Positions 9,070 to 18,894 are shown, numbered from the stretch's first letter. The stretch: DNA of 64,000 nt from an uncultured Oscillospiraceae bacterium (GCA_944385415.1 CALWXC010000008.1:36446-100445), one strand, 5' to 3'. Notes: generated from the letters alone by a model not told the origin. Translations and numbers: made by a program.

Positions 9070-9882
9070 ATGGAGACCCCAAGCTACTATTTGCCCGGCG
9101 TGGTGCAGACGAAAAGCGAGACCATGGAGGATTTTCAAGGCCCCCTGGACGTGATTTTCCTGCTGCTGAGCAAACATAAAATTGAGATCAGCAACGTGAG
9201 CATCTCGCAGATTCTGGAGCAGTATCTGGCCTATCTGGACGAGCAGAAGCGCATGGACATGGAGATTGCCAGCGAATTTATCGCCATGGCGTCCCATCTC
9301 ATGCTGATTAAAACGAAAATGCTCCTGTCGGTGACGGAGCAGGCCGAAGCCCAGTCGGAGATGGAGCTGTTGATTCACTCTTTGGAGGAGCGGCAGCGGG
9401 CGGCGGCCTATGAACAAATTCGCATGGCCGCGTCCTTTCTGGCGGACCGCAACGAAATCGGCTGTAACCTCTTTGTCAAGGAGCCGGAGCCGCTGCGGCG
9501 GGACAAAACGTACCAGTACCGCCATGACCCGTCGGATTTGGTGGCGGCCTGGGCGGCCCTGGCCGAACGCAGCGCCGCCGGTCTGGCGTCGCCCACCCAT
9601 CCCTTTGCCGCCATCGTGGGAGCGGAACCGTTCCCAGTGGTGACAAAAGCGGCCCACATTCTGCGGCGATTGCTGCAAGTGGGCGTGGGCAAATTCCGCA
9701 GCCTGTTTCGCGGCTGCAAAAGCCGGTCCGAGGTGGTGGCCACCTTTCTGGCGGTGCTGGAGCTGTGCAAGCTCTGTTCCGTCCGGGTGGTATCCGACGG
9801 CGGCGGCGACGCCGATGTGACCTTTCTCCAAATGCCCCAGGGAACCGTGGACGGACAGCCCTTCGGCAGCTCTGAGGAATAG
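9070..9882 (+). CDS. scpA: Segregation and condensation protein A
   Basis: DFQGPLDVIFLLL...HKIEI, EFIAMASHLMLIKTKMLL, FLAVLEL; adjacent to scpB. Confidence 0.92.
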   Translation: METPSYYLPGVVQTKSETMEDFQGPLDVIFLLLSKHKIEISNVSISQILEQYLAYLDEQKRMDMEIASEFIAMASHLMLIKTKMLLSVTEQAEAQSEMELLIHSLEERQRAAAYEQIRMAASFLADRNEIGCNLFVKEPEPLRRDKTYQYRHDPSDLVAAWAALAERSAAGLASPTHPFAAIVGAEPFPVVTKAAHILRRLLQVGVGKFRSLFRGCKSRSEVVATFLAVLELCKLCSVRVVSDGGGDADVTFLQMPQGTVDGQPFGSSEE

Positions 9883-9893
9883 AGGAGGCCAAA

Positions 9894-10472
9894 ATGGAAC
9901 AAACTGCAATTGAACGGGCTGTGGCGGCCATTCTGTTCGCGGCCGGTGAGCCGGTGGGCGCGTCGCGCATGGCCATGGCGGCGGGGGTGTCGGAGGATGC
10001 AATCCATACGGCGGCCCAATCCCTGATGAGCCGGTGGAATTATGAACGCTTTGGTATCCGCATTGTCCGGCTGGACGATGCCTACCAGATGTGTTCCTCC
10101 GGTGAGATGGCCGACGTGGTGACAAAAGCCCTGGAGACCCGCAAGCCGCCCCGGCTGTCTCCGGCCCAGCTGGAGGCGCTGACCATTGTGGCCTACTACC
10201 AGCCGGTGACGAAAGCCTATATTGAACAGCTGCGGGGGGTGGACAGCAGCTACGCCGTCAGCGCCCTGCTGGGCAAGCAGCTGATCACCGAGGCCGGACG
10301 GCTCAACGTGCCGGGCAGACCCATTCTCTATGAAACGACGCCGGTGTTTCTGCGAACCTTCGGCCTGACCAGTCTGGAGGAGCTGCCGCCCATTGAAAAG
10401 GCGGACATCCACATTCCCGAGGGCCAGCAGCTGCAATTGCCGGAGGTATCGAAGGAGGAGGGAACCGTATGA
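9894..10472 (+). CDS. scpB: SMC-Scp complex subunit ScpB
   Basis: AILFAAGEP, LSPAQLEALTIVAYYQPVT, GRPILYETTPVFLRTFGL. Confidence 0.95.
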   Translation: MEQTAIERAVAAILFAAGEPVGASRMAMAAGVSEDAIHTAAQSLMSRWNYERFGIRIVRLDDAYQMCSSGEMADVVTKALETRKPPRLSPAQLEALTIVAYYQPVTKAYIEQLRGVDSSYAVSALLGKQLITEAGRLNVPGRPILYETTPVFLRTFGLTSLEELPPIEKADIHIPEGQQLQLPEVSKEEGTV

Positions 10473-11068
10473 TCGCTGCCGTGACCGCGGCCCTGGTGCT
10501 GCTGATTCTGGCGCTGCCCCTGGGCGTGTGGTTCCGGTACGACGACGGGACGCTGGAAGCGGCGGCCAGTGTGGGACCGGTGACGGTGTTCCGTTACCCC
10601 ATGGAACCCCGGCGGCAAAAGCCGAAAAAGCCGCCCAAACCGAAAAAGGCGCGGCGGAAGGACTCGGACCAGCCGCCCGAGCCAAAGAAGAAAGGGAAGT
10701 TTCCCTGGAAGCTGCTCAAACCCCTGCTTTCCATTCTGCTGGATTTGCTGGGGAAGATGCGGCGAAAGCTCCTGGTTTCGGAGCTGTATCTCTGTGTCCG
10801 ATGCGGCGGCAAAGACGCGGCCCATACGGCCTTACAGTATGGAAAGGCGTGGGCCTTGATCGGGTCCCTGGACCCGGTGTTTCACAACTGCTTCCGCATT
10901 GCCCACCGGCAGGCGGAGGTGCTCTGCGATTACCATTCCGACCGCCTCCGGCTGCTGCTGGAGATGCGCGTCACCCTGCGGGTGGGCACGGCCTTATGGC
11001 TGGGCTTACAGGCGCTGTGCCGCCTGATTCCCGTGTTCCTACAATATAAGAAAAAGGCGGTGCAGTAA
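10469..11068 (+). CDS. DUF2953-type (YtfI-like) protein
   Basis: N-terminal hydrophobic anchor, basic region, DAAHTALQYG motif; lies between scpB and ytfJ. Confidence 0.7.
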   Translation: MIAAVTAALVLLILALPLGVWFRYDDGTLEAAASVGPVTVFRYPMEPRRQKPKKPPKPKKARRKDSDQPPEPKKKGKFPWKLLKPLLSILLDLLGKMRRKLLVSELYLCVRCGGKDAAHTALQYGKAWALIGSLDPVFHNCFRIAHRQAEVLCDYHSDRLRLLLEMRVTLRVGTALWLGLQALCRLIPVFLQYKKKAVQ

Positions 11069-11069
11069 C

Positions 11070-11483
11070 ATGAGTCATCCTCTTTCCGACATGATGGGCG
11101 TCAATATGGAGAAAATCCGCTCCATGGTGGATACCAATTCCGTCATCGGTGAGCCCATTACCACGCCCGACGGCGTGACCATCATCCCCGTGTCCAAGGT
11201 GTCTTTTGGATTTGCCAGCGGCGGCAGCGATTATGTGTCCAAGCATACCTCTGCCGACGGTACCAACCCCTTCGGCGGCGGCGCCGGCGCCGGCGTCACC
11301 ATTCAGCCCGTTTCCTTTATCGTCATCAAGGGCGAATCGGTGCGGATGTTGCCGGTGGTGGCTCCCGCGGCGTCCTCCCTGGACCGCATCATCGAATTGC
11401 TGCCGGACCTCACCGACAAGCTTTCCGAACTGCTGAAAAAGGACAAAAAACCGAAAGACATCGACGAGACCGGCGAATTTTAA
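11070..11483 (+). CDS. ytfJ: GerW/YtfJ family sporulation protein
   Basis: MVDTNSVIGEPI, IIPVSKVSFGFASGG, FGGGAGAGVTIQPV. Confidence 0.92.
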   Translation: MSHPLSDMMGVNMEKIRSMVDTNSVIGEPITTPDGVTIIPVSKVSFGFASGGSDYVSKHTSADGTNPFGGGAGAGVTIQPVSFIVIKGESVRMLPVVAPAASSLDRIIELLPDLTDKLSELLKKDKKPKDIDETGEF

Positions 11484-11485
11484 CA

Positions 11486-11516
11486 GGCATACTCCATCTC
11501 CGGCGGTGCATACTGT
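11486..11516 (+). promoter_or_regulatory. Putative SigE promoter upstream of dacB
   Basis: gGCATA-17bp-CATACTGT matches the SigE consensus ATa-N16-18-cATAcanT; dacB is SigE-dependent in B. subtilis. Confidence 0.55.
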
Positions 11517-11531
11517 TACCGGTGATGAACG

Positions 11532-12626
11532 ATGAAACAACGGATGCAGTGGGCGGCGGCAATTTTCCTGTCCGCCGCCCTTTTGCTGAGTACCACGGCG
11601 GAGGCCGTGGGGACAATTTCGGCCCACAGCGCCATTTTGATGGACGCTGCCACGGGCCAGGTCCTCTATGAGAAGAACAGCCACGAAAAAAGCCTCATTG
11701 CCAGCACCACGAAAATCATGACGGGGCTGCTGGCGGCGGAGTCGGGACGGCTTTCGGAGACTGTGACCATTCCGCCGGAGGCCGTGGGCATCGAGGGGTC
11801 TTCCCTGTATCTCAAGGCCGGGGAACGGCTGACCGTGGAGCAGCTGCTCTACGGTCTCATGCTCCATTCGGGCAACGACGCCGCCGTGGCTTTGGCCCTC
11901 CATCTGGCGGGGGAGGTGGAGGACTTTGTGGACCGGATGAACGAAAAGGCCGCGGAATTGGGACTGACGGAAACCCACTTTGCCAATCCCAACGGTCTCG
12001 ACGACGAGGGCAACTATGGAACGGCCTACGATCTGGCGGTGCTGGCGGCGGCGGCCCTGGAAAACCAGGTATTCCGGCAGGTGGTCTCCACCAAAACGTA
12101 TACCGTGGGCCAGCGGCAGTTGACCAACCACAACAAGCTCCTGTGGCGGTATGAGGGAGCCATGGGCGTTAAAACAGGCTTTACCAAGGCCGCCGGACGG
12201 CTGCTGGTCAGCGCGGCGGAACGGCAGGGGCGGCGGCTCATTGCCGTCACCATCAACGCTCCCGATGACTGGAACGACCACAGCAAGCTGCTGGATGACG
12301 GCTTTTCCCGTCTGACAGCCCATACAGCCCTGACGGACGGCATGCTGCTGGGCAGCGTCCCCATCGTCGGCGGCACGGCGGAGACCGTAACCTGCCGCGT
12401 CCGGGGCGATCTGTCCTGTGCCCTGCTGCCGGAGGAGACGCCCACAGTCACCGTCTGTCTGCCCCGGATGGCCTTTGCGCCGGTCCGGGCCGGAGATACG
12501 GCGGGTTGGGTGGAGCTCCGGGTGGGGGAGGCCGTTCTGGCCCGGACGGAACTGATCTACGATACGGCGGCGGCGGTGCTGCCGGACAAGCCGCGGTCCT
12601 TTCTGGAGCGGCTTTTGAAAGGGTAG
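11532..12626 (+). CDS. dacB: D-alanyl-D-alanine carboxypeptidase (S11, DacB/DacF type)
   Basis: Signal peptide, IASTTK (SxxK), HSGND (SxN), VKTGFT (KTG). Confidence 0.85.
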   Translation: MKQRMQWAAAIFLSAALLLSTTAEAVGTISAHSAILMDAATGQVLYEKNSHEKSLIASTTKIMTGLLAAESGRLSETVTIPPEAVGIEGSSLYLKAGERLTVEQLLYGLMLHSGNDAAVALALHLAGEVEDFVDRMNEKAAELGLTETHFANPNGLDDEGNYGTAYDLAVLAAAALENQVFRQVVSTKTYTVGQRQLTNHNKLLWRYEGAMGVKTGFTKAAGRLLVSAAERQGRRLIAVTINAPDDWNDHSKLLDDGFSRLTAHTALTDGMLLGSVPIVGGTAETVTCRVRGDLSCALLPEETPTVTVCLPRMAFAPVRAGDTAGWVELRVGEAVLARTELIYDTAAAVLPDKPRSFLERLLKG

Positions 12627-12635
12627 GAATCCAAT

Positions 12636-13346
12636 ATGGAAGAACAACGACTGCAAAAGGTGCTGTCGGCCCACGGCGTCGCGTCCCGCCGCCAGGCCGA
12701 ACAGATGATCACCGAGGGCCGGGTCCGGGTCAACGGCAATACGGCCCGCTTGGGGGACAAGGTGACGGAAACCGACGTCATCGAGGTGGACGGCGCAGTG
12801 CTGCGCCGTGCGCCCCGTCCCGTGTACATCATGCTGCATAAACCTCGGGGGTATGTGACCACCTGCAAGGACGAGCAGGGACGGCGCGACGTGACGGAAC
12901 TGGTCCGGGACTGCCCGGAGCGGGTTTACCCCGTGGGACGGCTCGATTTGAATTCCGAGGGGCTGCTGCTGCTGACTAACGACGGCGCGTTGGCCAATCG
13001 GCTGATGCACCCGTCGGGACAGGTGGAAAAGGTCTATCTCTGCTGGGTTACCGGCTACAAAGCCGGGGCCGAGGACAAGCTGCGGCCCCCCCTGGAGCTG
13101 GACGGACGCCCGCTGAATCCGGCCCGGGTGGTGCTGCGGCGGGTCAACGGAGACCAGGCCATGATCGAGGTGGGCATCACCGAGGGCCGCAACCGGCAGG
13201 TCCGCCGCATGTGCGAGCTGGCGGGACTCCATGTGACGCGGCTCAAGCGCATCGGCGAGGGACAGCTGCGGCTGGACCGGCTGCCCGTGGGCCAGTGGCG
13301 GTACCTGACCGACGAGGAAGTATCGTATCTCCACAGCCTGCTGTGA
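12636..13346 (+). CDS. rluB: rRNA pseudouridine synthase (RluB/RsuA family)
   Basis: N-terminal S4 domain RLQKVL..SRRQAE, HKPRGY, GRLD, EGRNRQVRRM. Confidence 0.88.
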   Translation: MEEQRLQKVLSAHGVASRRQAEQMITEGRVRVNGNTARLGDKVTETDVIEVDGAVLRRAPRPVYIMLHKPRGYVTTCKDEQGRRDVTELVRDCPERVYPVGRLDLNSEGLLLLTNDGALANRLMHPSGQVEKVYLCWVTGYKAGAEDKLRPPLELDGRPLNPARVVLRRVNGDQAMIEVGITEGRNRQVRRMCELAGLHVTRLKRIGEGQLRLDRLPVGQWRYLTDEEVSYLHSLL

Positions 13347-13354
13347 AGTTTTTC

Positions 13355-13383
13355 TTGCAAATTTTCGGGAAACCCCGTATCAT
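13355..13383 (+). promoter_or_regulatory. SigA-type promoter of the rpiR-cmk-ispH operon
   Basis: TTGCAA-17bp-TATCAT. Confidence 0.6.
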
Positions 13384-13425
13384 ACAGTAAACTACAGAAT
13401 CGATCCGGAAAGGGGATGGTACAAT

Positions 13426-14289
13426 ATGGCAACGGATATCCTTTCCAAAATTCAAAAGGATTTGCCCACCTTTTCTAAAGGACAGCGGCGAATTTCAGAA
13501 TACATCATGGAGTCCTACGACAAGGCCGCCTTTATGACGGCCAGCCGTCTGGGCAAGACCGTGGGCGTCAGTGAGTCCACGGTGGTGCGCTTTGCCGTGG
13601 AACTGGGCTATAACGGCTACCCGGCCATGCAGAAGGCCATGCAGGAGATGGTCCGCAACAAGCTGACGTCGGTGCAGCGCATGGGCGTCATCAACGATCT
13701 GCTGGGCAATCAGGACGTGGTGTCCATGGTGCTTCAGTCGGACATGGAGACGCTGCGGATGACCGGGGAAGCGCTGGACCGGCAGGTGTTCGACCAGGTG
13801 GTGGAGCGCATGATGTCCGCCCGCACCATCTATATCATCGGTGTCCGGTCCTCCATGGCGTTGGCCACCTTCCTCAACTTCCATCTGCGCAATATGCTCC
13901 ACCATGTGCGGCTGGTGGAGCCCTATTCCATCAGTGAAATGCTGGAGCAGCTGGTTCATGTGGGCCCCCAGGATGTGGTCATCGGCATCAGCTTTCCCCG
14001 GTATTCCAGCCGCACCATCAAGGCCATGGATTTTTGCCGCAAGGCCGGGGCCACGGTGGTGGCCATCACCGACACGCCGGAGGCTCCGGGCGCCCGGGTA
14101 TCCACCCATGTGCTGCTGGCCAAGAGCGATATGGTGTCCATCGTGGACTCCCTGGTGGCGCCCATGAGCGTCATCAACGCTCTCGTTGTGTCGGTAGGCC
14201 GCAAGAACGAAAACGACCTGTCCAGGACCTATGAGGAGCTGGAACAGATTTGGGAAGAGTACGAAGCCTATGAACGAATGGAAAACTGA
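13426..14289 (+). CDS. MurR/RpiR family transcriptional regulator
   Basis: HTH (GVSESTVVRFAVELGYNGY) plus SIS domain (IGISFPRYS). Confidence 0.92.
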   Translation: MATDILSKIQKDLPTFSKGQRRISEYIMESYDKAAFMTASRLGKTVGVSESTVVRFAVELGYNGYPAMQKAMQEMVRNKLTSVQRMGVINDLLGNQDVVSMVLQSDMETLRMTGEALDRQVFDQVVERMMSARTIYIIGVRSSMALATFLNFHLRNMLHHVRLVEPYSISEMLEQLVHVGPQDVVIGISFPRYSSRTIKAMDFCRKAGATVVAITDTPEAPGARVSTHVLLAKSDMVSIVDSLVAPMSVINALVVSVGRKNENDLSRTYEELEQIWEEYEAYERMEN

Positions 14290-15526
14290 CGTCCTGGTGG
14301 TGGGCGCCGGGGCCGCCGGGATGATGGCCGCCGGTACGGCGGCGGAGCTGGGGGCCAGGGTGGTGCTTTTGGAGCACAACGACCGCTTGGGCAAAAAACT
14401 GTACATCACCGGCAAGGGCCGCTGCAACGTCACCAACTGCTGCACCCCCCAGGAGGTTTTGCAGAACGTGCCCCGCAACAGCCGCTTTCTCTACAGCGCC
14501 ATGGAAGCCTTCCCGCCGGAGGAGGTCATGGCCTTTTTTGAAGGGCTGGGGTGCCGTCTCAAGGTGGAGCGGGGCAACCGGGTGTTTCCCGAAAGCGACA
14601 AGGCTGCGTCGGTCATTGACGCCCTGCGGGCGTATTTGAAGCGCACCGGCGTCCGGGTGGTGACGGCTCACGTCCAGTCTCTGCAAACGGAAGGCGGCGC
14701 GGTGACCGGCGTGGTCACCGACCAGGGAACGTATCAGGCCGGACGGGTGATTCTCTGCACCGGCGGCTGTTCCTATCCGCTGACCGGCTCCACCGGCGAC
14801 GGCTACGACATGGCCGCTGCCGTGGGCCATACCATTGTGGAGCCTCGCGGCTCCCTGGTGCCCCTGGAAGTGGCCGAGGCCGACGAGTGCCGGGCCATGA
14901 TGGGACTGAGCCTGCGCAATGTGGCTGTCCGCATGAAAAACCAGAAAGGAAAGACAGTCTTCGAGGACTTCGGAGAGCTGCTGTTTACCCATTTCGGCGT
15001 GTCCGGCCCAACGATTCTGTCGGCCAGCGCCCACCGGAAGGAAAAGGATTCCTATACCATTGAAATCGATTTGAAACCAGCGCTGGACGAGAAAAAGCTG
15101 GATGAACGCATTCTGCGGGATTTTGAAAAGTACCAGAACCGGGATTTTGAAAACGCCCTGGGAGATTTGCTGCCCAGCAGCATGATTCCCGTGGTGGTGG
15201 CCCGGACGGGCATCCATCCGGCGGAAAAGGTCCATTCCGTCACCAAACAGCAGCGGCGGGCGCTGCTGGAAACCATGAAACGGTTTACCCTTACGGTCAC
15301 CGGGGCCCGTCCCGTCAAGGAGGCCATTGTCACCGCCGGCGGCGTCAAGGTGTCGGAGGTGGACCCCAAGACCATGGCATCCAAGAAATGTTCCGGCCTG
15401 TATCTGGCCGGGGAACTGCTGGACGTGGACGCCTATACCGGCGGATTTAACTTACAGATTGCCTGGGCCACCGGCCGCGCCGCGGGATTGGCCGCCGCCG
15501 GGACCAGCAAGGAGGATATAAAATGA
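14270..15526 (+). CDS. HI0933/YhiN-BaiN family NAD(P)/FAD-dependent oxidoreductase
   Basis: GAGAAG, GKKLYITGKGRCNVTN, GRVFP, GGCSYPLTGSTGDG, LLDVDAYTGGFNLQ. Confidence 0.92.
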   Translation: MNEWKTDVLVVGAGAAGMMAAGTAAELGARVVLLEHNDRLGKKLYITGKGRCNVTNCCTPQEVLQNVPRNSRFLYSAMEAFPPEEVMAFFEGLGCRLKVERGNRVFPESDKAASVIDALRAYLKRTGVRVVTAHVQSLQTEGGAVTGVVTDQGTYQAGRVILCTGGCSYPLTGSTGDGYDMAAAVGHTIVEPRGSLVPLEVAEADECRAMMGLSLRNVAVRMKNQKGKTVFEDFGELLFTHFGVSGPTILSASAHRKEKDSYTIEIDLKPALDEKKLDERILRDFEKYQNRDFENALGDLLPSSMIPVVVARTGIHPAEKVHSVTKQQRRALLETMKRFTLTVTGARPVKEAIVTAGGVKVSEVDPKTMASKKCSGLYLAGELLDVDAYTGGFNLQIAWATGRAAGLAAAGTSKEDIK

Positions 15527-16212
15527 CAACGAAACGCAACTACGCCATCGCCATCGACGGCCCTGCCGGCAGCGGCAAAAGCACCATGGCCCGGAGAGTG
15601 GCCAAGGATTTGGGCTTTGTCTATGTGGACACCGGGGCCATCTACCGGACCGTGGGCTACCATATGGATTTTTACGGCATCGGACCCAAGGACACCGACG
15701 GCATTACCCGCCTCATTGGCGATGTGAACATTGTCATCGAGTACGACGCCGACGGCCTCCAGCATATGATTCTCAATGGCCGGGACGTCACCGAGGAAAT
15801 CCGCACGCCGGAGATGTCCAAGATTGCGTCGGTGATTTCTGCCCAGAAGGTGGTCCGGGACTATCTGCTGGACATGCAGCGCCAGCTGGCCCGGACCCAC
15901 AACGTGGTTATGGACGGCCGGGATATCGGCACCGTGGTGCTGCCGGGGGCAGACGTGAAAATCTTCCTGACAGCGGACCCGGAGGTTCGCGCCCGCCGAC
16001 GCTTTGACGAGCTGACGGCCAAGGGGGAGAAGGTCCAGTATGAAAAGGTGCTCCAGGACCTGATCGCCCGGGATGAGCAGGACAAGAACCGGAAGATTGC
16101 GCCCCTGCGTCCGGCCAAGGACGCCGTCCACCTGGATACCACCGACCTGGACATTGAACAGGCGGCGGCGGCCATGGAGTCCATCATAAAGGAGAAGCTG
16201 GGGCAGCGATGA
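15523..16212 (+). CDS. cmk: Cytidylate kinase
   Basis: IAIDGPAGSGKST, VDTGAIYR, VMDGRDIGTVV. Confidence 0.97.
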   Translation: MTTKRNYAIAIDGPAGSGKSTMARRVAKDLGFVYVDTGAIYRTVGYHMDFYGIGPKDTDGITRLIGDVNIVIEYDADGLQHMILNGRDVTEEIRTPEMSKIASVISAQKVVRDYLLDMQRQLARTHNVVMDGRDIGTVVLPGADVKIFLTADPEVRARRRFDELTAKGEKVQYEKVLQDLIARDEQDKNRKIAPLRPAKDAVHLDTTDLDIEQAAAAMESIIKEKLGQR

Positions 16213-16811
16213 AAGCAAATGCAGTCGTATATCACATTCTGGAGCGGCTGGCCCGCTTCGGCATGTTTTTCTACCATCCGGTGTTCCGGGTCACGGGCCG
16301 GGAGCACATTCCCGAGGGTGCCTGCGTCATTTGCAGCAACCACATCGGTATGGCAGACCCCCTGTGGGCTATTTTCGGCCTGAAACAGGGCCCCTTTTTC
16401 CGCATTATGGCCAAAGAATCCCTGCTGGAAGCGCCCCTGCTGGGAAAACTGCTCCATTGGGCGGGCATCATCGGCGTCAAGCGGGGCGAGGGCGATATCA
16501 ACGCCATCAAGGAGGCGCTGAAAACCCTGAAAGAGGGGAAAAAGCTGCTGCTCTATCCCGAGGGTACCCGGGCCAAGGACGGCCCTCTGGAGGGCAAGAC
16601 CGGCGCGGTCATGCTGGCCAACCGGGTAAAGTGCCCCATTCTGCCGGTGTATATCAAGCGGAAACGCTTCCCGTTCAGCCCCATGGCCCTGGTCATCGGC
16701 GAACCCTTCGAGGTGGTCACCGCCACGGGCAAGGCCACGGCGGAGGAGCTGCGCAGCGAGACGGACCGGATGATGGACATGATTTACAAGCTGGGGGAGG
16801 GCGTCGGATGA
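16209..16811 (+). CDS. plsC: 1-acyl-sn-glycerol-3-phosphate acyltransferase
   Basis: NHIGMAD (HX4D), YPEGTR. Confidence 0.88.
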   Translation: MKANAVVYHILERLARFGMFFYHPVFRVTGREHIPEGACVICSNHIGMADPLWAIFGLKQGPFFRIMAKESLLEAPLLGKLLHWAGIIGVKRGEGDINAIKEALKTLKEGKKLLLYPEGTRAKDGPLEGKTGAVMLANRVKCPILPVYIKRKRFPFSPMALVIGEPFEVVTATGKATAEELRSETDRMMDMIYKLGEGVG

Positions 16812-18763
16812 AGGTCTATCTTGCCAAGACGGCGGGGTTCTGCTTCGGCGTGGACCGGGCCGTGTCCATGGTGGAGCAGGCGGCCAAAGACGGTCTGCGG
16901 GCCGTGACCCTGGGCCCCATCATCCACAACCGCCATGTGGTGCAGCGCTTCGCGGAAATGGGCGTGCGGCAGGTGGACGAGGTTTCGGAAATCGAGGACG
17001 GCTGTGCCGTCATCATCCGCAGCCACGGCGTCAGCCGGGCCGTTTATGAGGAACTGGAAGCCAGAAATCTCACCATTCTGGACGCCACCTGTCCCTTTGT
17101 CAAGCGCATCCATGAAATTGTCCGCAAGGCCACGGAGCAGGGGCGCCAGGTCATCATCATCGGCACCCGGACCCATCCGGAAATCGTGGCCATCGCCGGA
17201 TGGTGCGATCACCCGGTGGTGTTTGAAAATGCCGGGGAGTTACAGGCGTGGCTGGACGAGGACCCCAAGCGGGCTGCATTGCCCGTTACCATGGTGGCAC
17301 AGACCACCAGCACCGAGGCCCTATGGAAAAGTTGTTGTGAAATTATAAAAAAAGTGTATACAAATGCCGAAATATTTGATACAATATGTGGAGCGACGGA
17401 AAAACGGCAGAAAGAAGCCATAGCCCTTGCCGGGCTATGCGATGGAATGGTCATAGTCGGTGATGCAATGAGCTCCAATACGAAGCGCCTTGCGATGATT
17501 TGCAGAGAACACTGCAAGCTGGTTTCCCTGGTGGACAGTGCCGATGAATTGGACACTACGCTTTTCTCTAATGTGCAATCCGTTGGTATCACTGCCGGGG
17601 CGTCAACGCCGGCGTGGATAATAAAGGAGGTCAACAACCATATGAGCGACGAAATTCGTGTTGAAAATGCTGCCATGGAGGAGAACTTTGCCGAGCTTCT
17701 CGAGCAGTCCATCAAGACTTTAAATACAGGAGACAAGGTGACCGGCATCGTCACGTCCATCACCCCCACCGAAGTGTATGTGGACCTGGGCACCAAGCAC
17801 GCCGGCTACATCCCCTACAGCGAGATCAGCAGCGACCCCGCTGCCAAGGCCGAGGACCTGTTCAACGTGGGCGATGAGATCGAGGTCTATGTGGTCCGTG
17901 TCAACGACATGGAGGGCACCGTGATGCTGTCCAAGAAGCGTCTGGACACCGTCAAGAGCTGGGACGAGATCGAGACTGCCTGCGAGGAGAAGACGGTCGT
18001 CGAGGGCGTCATCACCGAGGAGAACAAGGGCGGCCTGGTTGCCAATGTCAAGGGTGTCCGCGTGTTCATTCCCGCTTCCCAGACCGGTATTCCCAAGGGC
18101 GGCGACCTGAGCCAGCTGATCCGTCAGACCGTCAGCATGAAGATCACCGAGGTCAACCGCGCCCGCCGCAGAGTGGTCGGCTCCATCCGTGCCGTCACCG
18201 CTGAGGCCCGCAAGGCTGCCGCCGAGCAGATCTGGAACGAGATTGCCGAGGGCAAGACCTATCATGGCGTTGTCAAGAGCCTCACTTCCTACGGCGCGTT
18301 CGTCGATATCGGCGGCGTGGACGGCATGGTGCACGTTTCCGAGCTGAGCTGGAGCCGCATCAAGAACCCCGCTGAGGTTGTCAAGGTGGGCGACGAGATC
18401 GACGTCTATGTTATCGGCTTTGATCCCGAGAAGAAGAAGATCTCTCTGGGCTACAAGACCGCTGAGACCAACCCCTGGAACCTGTTCCTGAACCAGTTCC
18501 AGGTGGGTGACGTGGCCACCGTTAAGATCGTCAAGCTGATGACCTTCGGCGCTTTCGCTGAGATCATCCCCGGCGTGGACGGCCTGATCCACATCTCCCA
18601 GATCGCTGACCGCCGCATCGGCAAGCCCGAGGATGTGCTGTCCGAGGGTCAGGAGGTCGAGGCCAAGATCATCGACATCGACGAGGAGAACAAGCGTATC
18701 TCCCTGTCCATCCGCGCCCTGCTGGTGGAGGGTGACGACGAGGAGTACGGCGACGAGGAGTAA
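16808..18763 (+). CDS. ispH: Fused IspH (HMBPP reductase) / ribosomal protein S1
   Basis: AGFCFGV, DATCPFV, DTICGAT (three Fe-S Cys), GITAGASTP, then S1 repeats (YGAFVDIGGVDGMVHVSE; FGAFAEIIPGVDGLIHISQ) with no stop between them. Confidence 0.95.
   Translation: MKVYLAKTAGFCFGVDRAVSMVEQAAKDGLRAVTLGPIIHNRHVVQRFAEMGVRQVDEVSEIEDGCAVIIRSHGVSRAVYEELEARNLTILDATCPFVKRIHEIVRKATEQGRQVIIIGTRTHPEIVAIAGWCDHPVVFENAGELQAWLDEDPKRAALPVTMVAQTTSTEALWKSCCEIIKKVYTNAEIFDTICGATEKRQKEAIALAGLCDGMVIVGDAMSSNTKRLAMICREHCKLVSLVDSADELDTTLFSNVQSVGITAGASTPAWIIKEVNNHMSDEIRVENAAMEENFAELLEQSIKTLNTGDKVTGIVTSITPTEVYVDLGTKHAGYIPYSEISSDPAAKAEDLFNVGDEIEVYVVRVNDMEGTVMLSKKRLDTVKSWDEIETACEEKTVVEGVITEENKGGLVANVKGVRVFIPASQTGIPKGGDLSQLIRQTVSMKITEVNRARRRVVGSIRAVTAEARKAAAEQIWNEIAEGKTYHGVVKSLTSYGAFVDIGGVDGMVHVSELSWSRIKNPAEVVKVGDEIDVYVIGFDPEKKKISLGYKTAETNPWNLFLNQFQVGDVATVKIVKLMTFGAFAEIIPGVDGLIHISQIADRRIGKPEDVLSEGQEVEAKIIDIDEENKRISLSIRALLVEGDDEEYGDEE
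17357..17385 (+). promoter_or_regulatory. Putative internal promoter for the S1 moiety within ispH
   Basis: TATACA-17bp-TACAAT with TG extension and upstream A-tracts, in a 30% GC patch (18/60 G+C at 17341-17400). AAGGAGGT (17624-17631) and in-frame ATG 17642 lie downstream. Confidence 0.5.
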
Positions 18764-18794
18764 TCCTTTGTCTGTGCTCTGTAAATCGCAATAT

Positions 18795-18878
18795 AAACCG
18801 GGCTGCTGCGGCAGCCCGGTTTTTTGCACCGTATGGCGGTAATGAGAAACCGGGCGTGCCGCATGCGGCACGCCCGGC
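18795..18878. terminator. Back-to-back terminators of rpsA and ridA
   Basis: AAACCGGGCTGC-tgcg-GCAGCCCGGTTTTT, and the perfect palindrome CCGGGCGTGCCGCATGCGGCACGCCCGG. Confidence 0.7.
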
Positions 18879-18894
18879 TGACGGTTTTCAGCAA

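Noticed and set aside
16331-16807. 159-codon N-terminal extension of IspH in the ORF track
   Set aside because: It overlaps plsC in another frame. The IspH consensus starts at ATG 16808 (ATGA overlap with the plsC stop).
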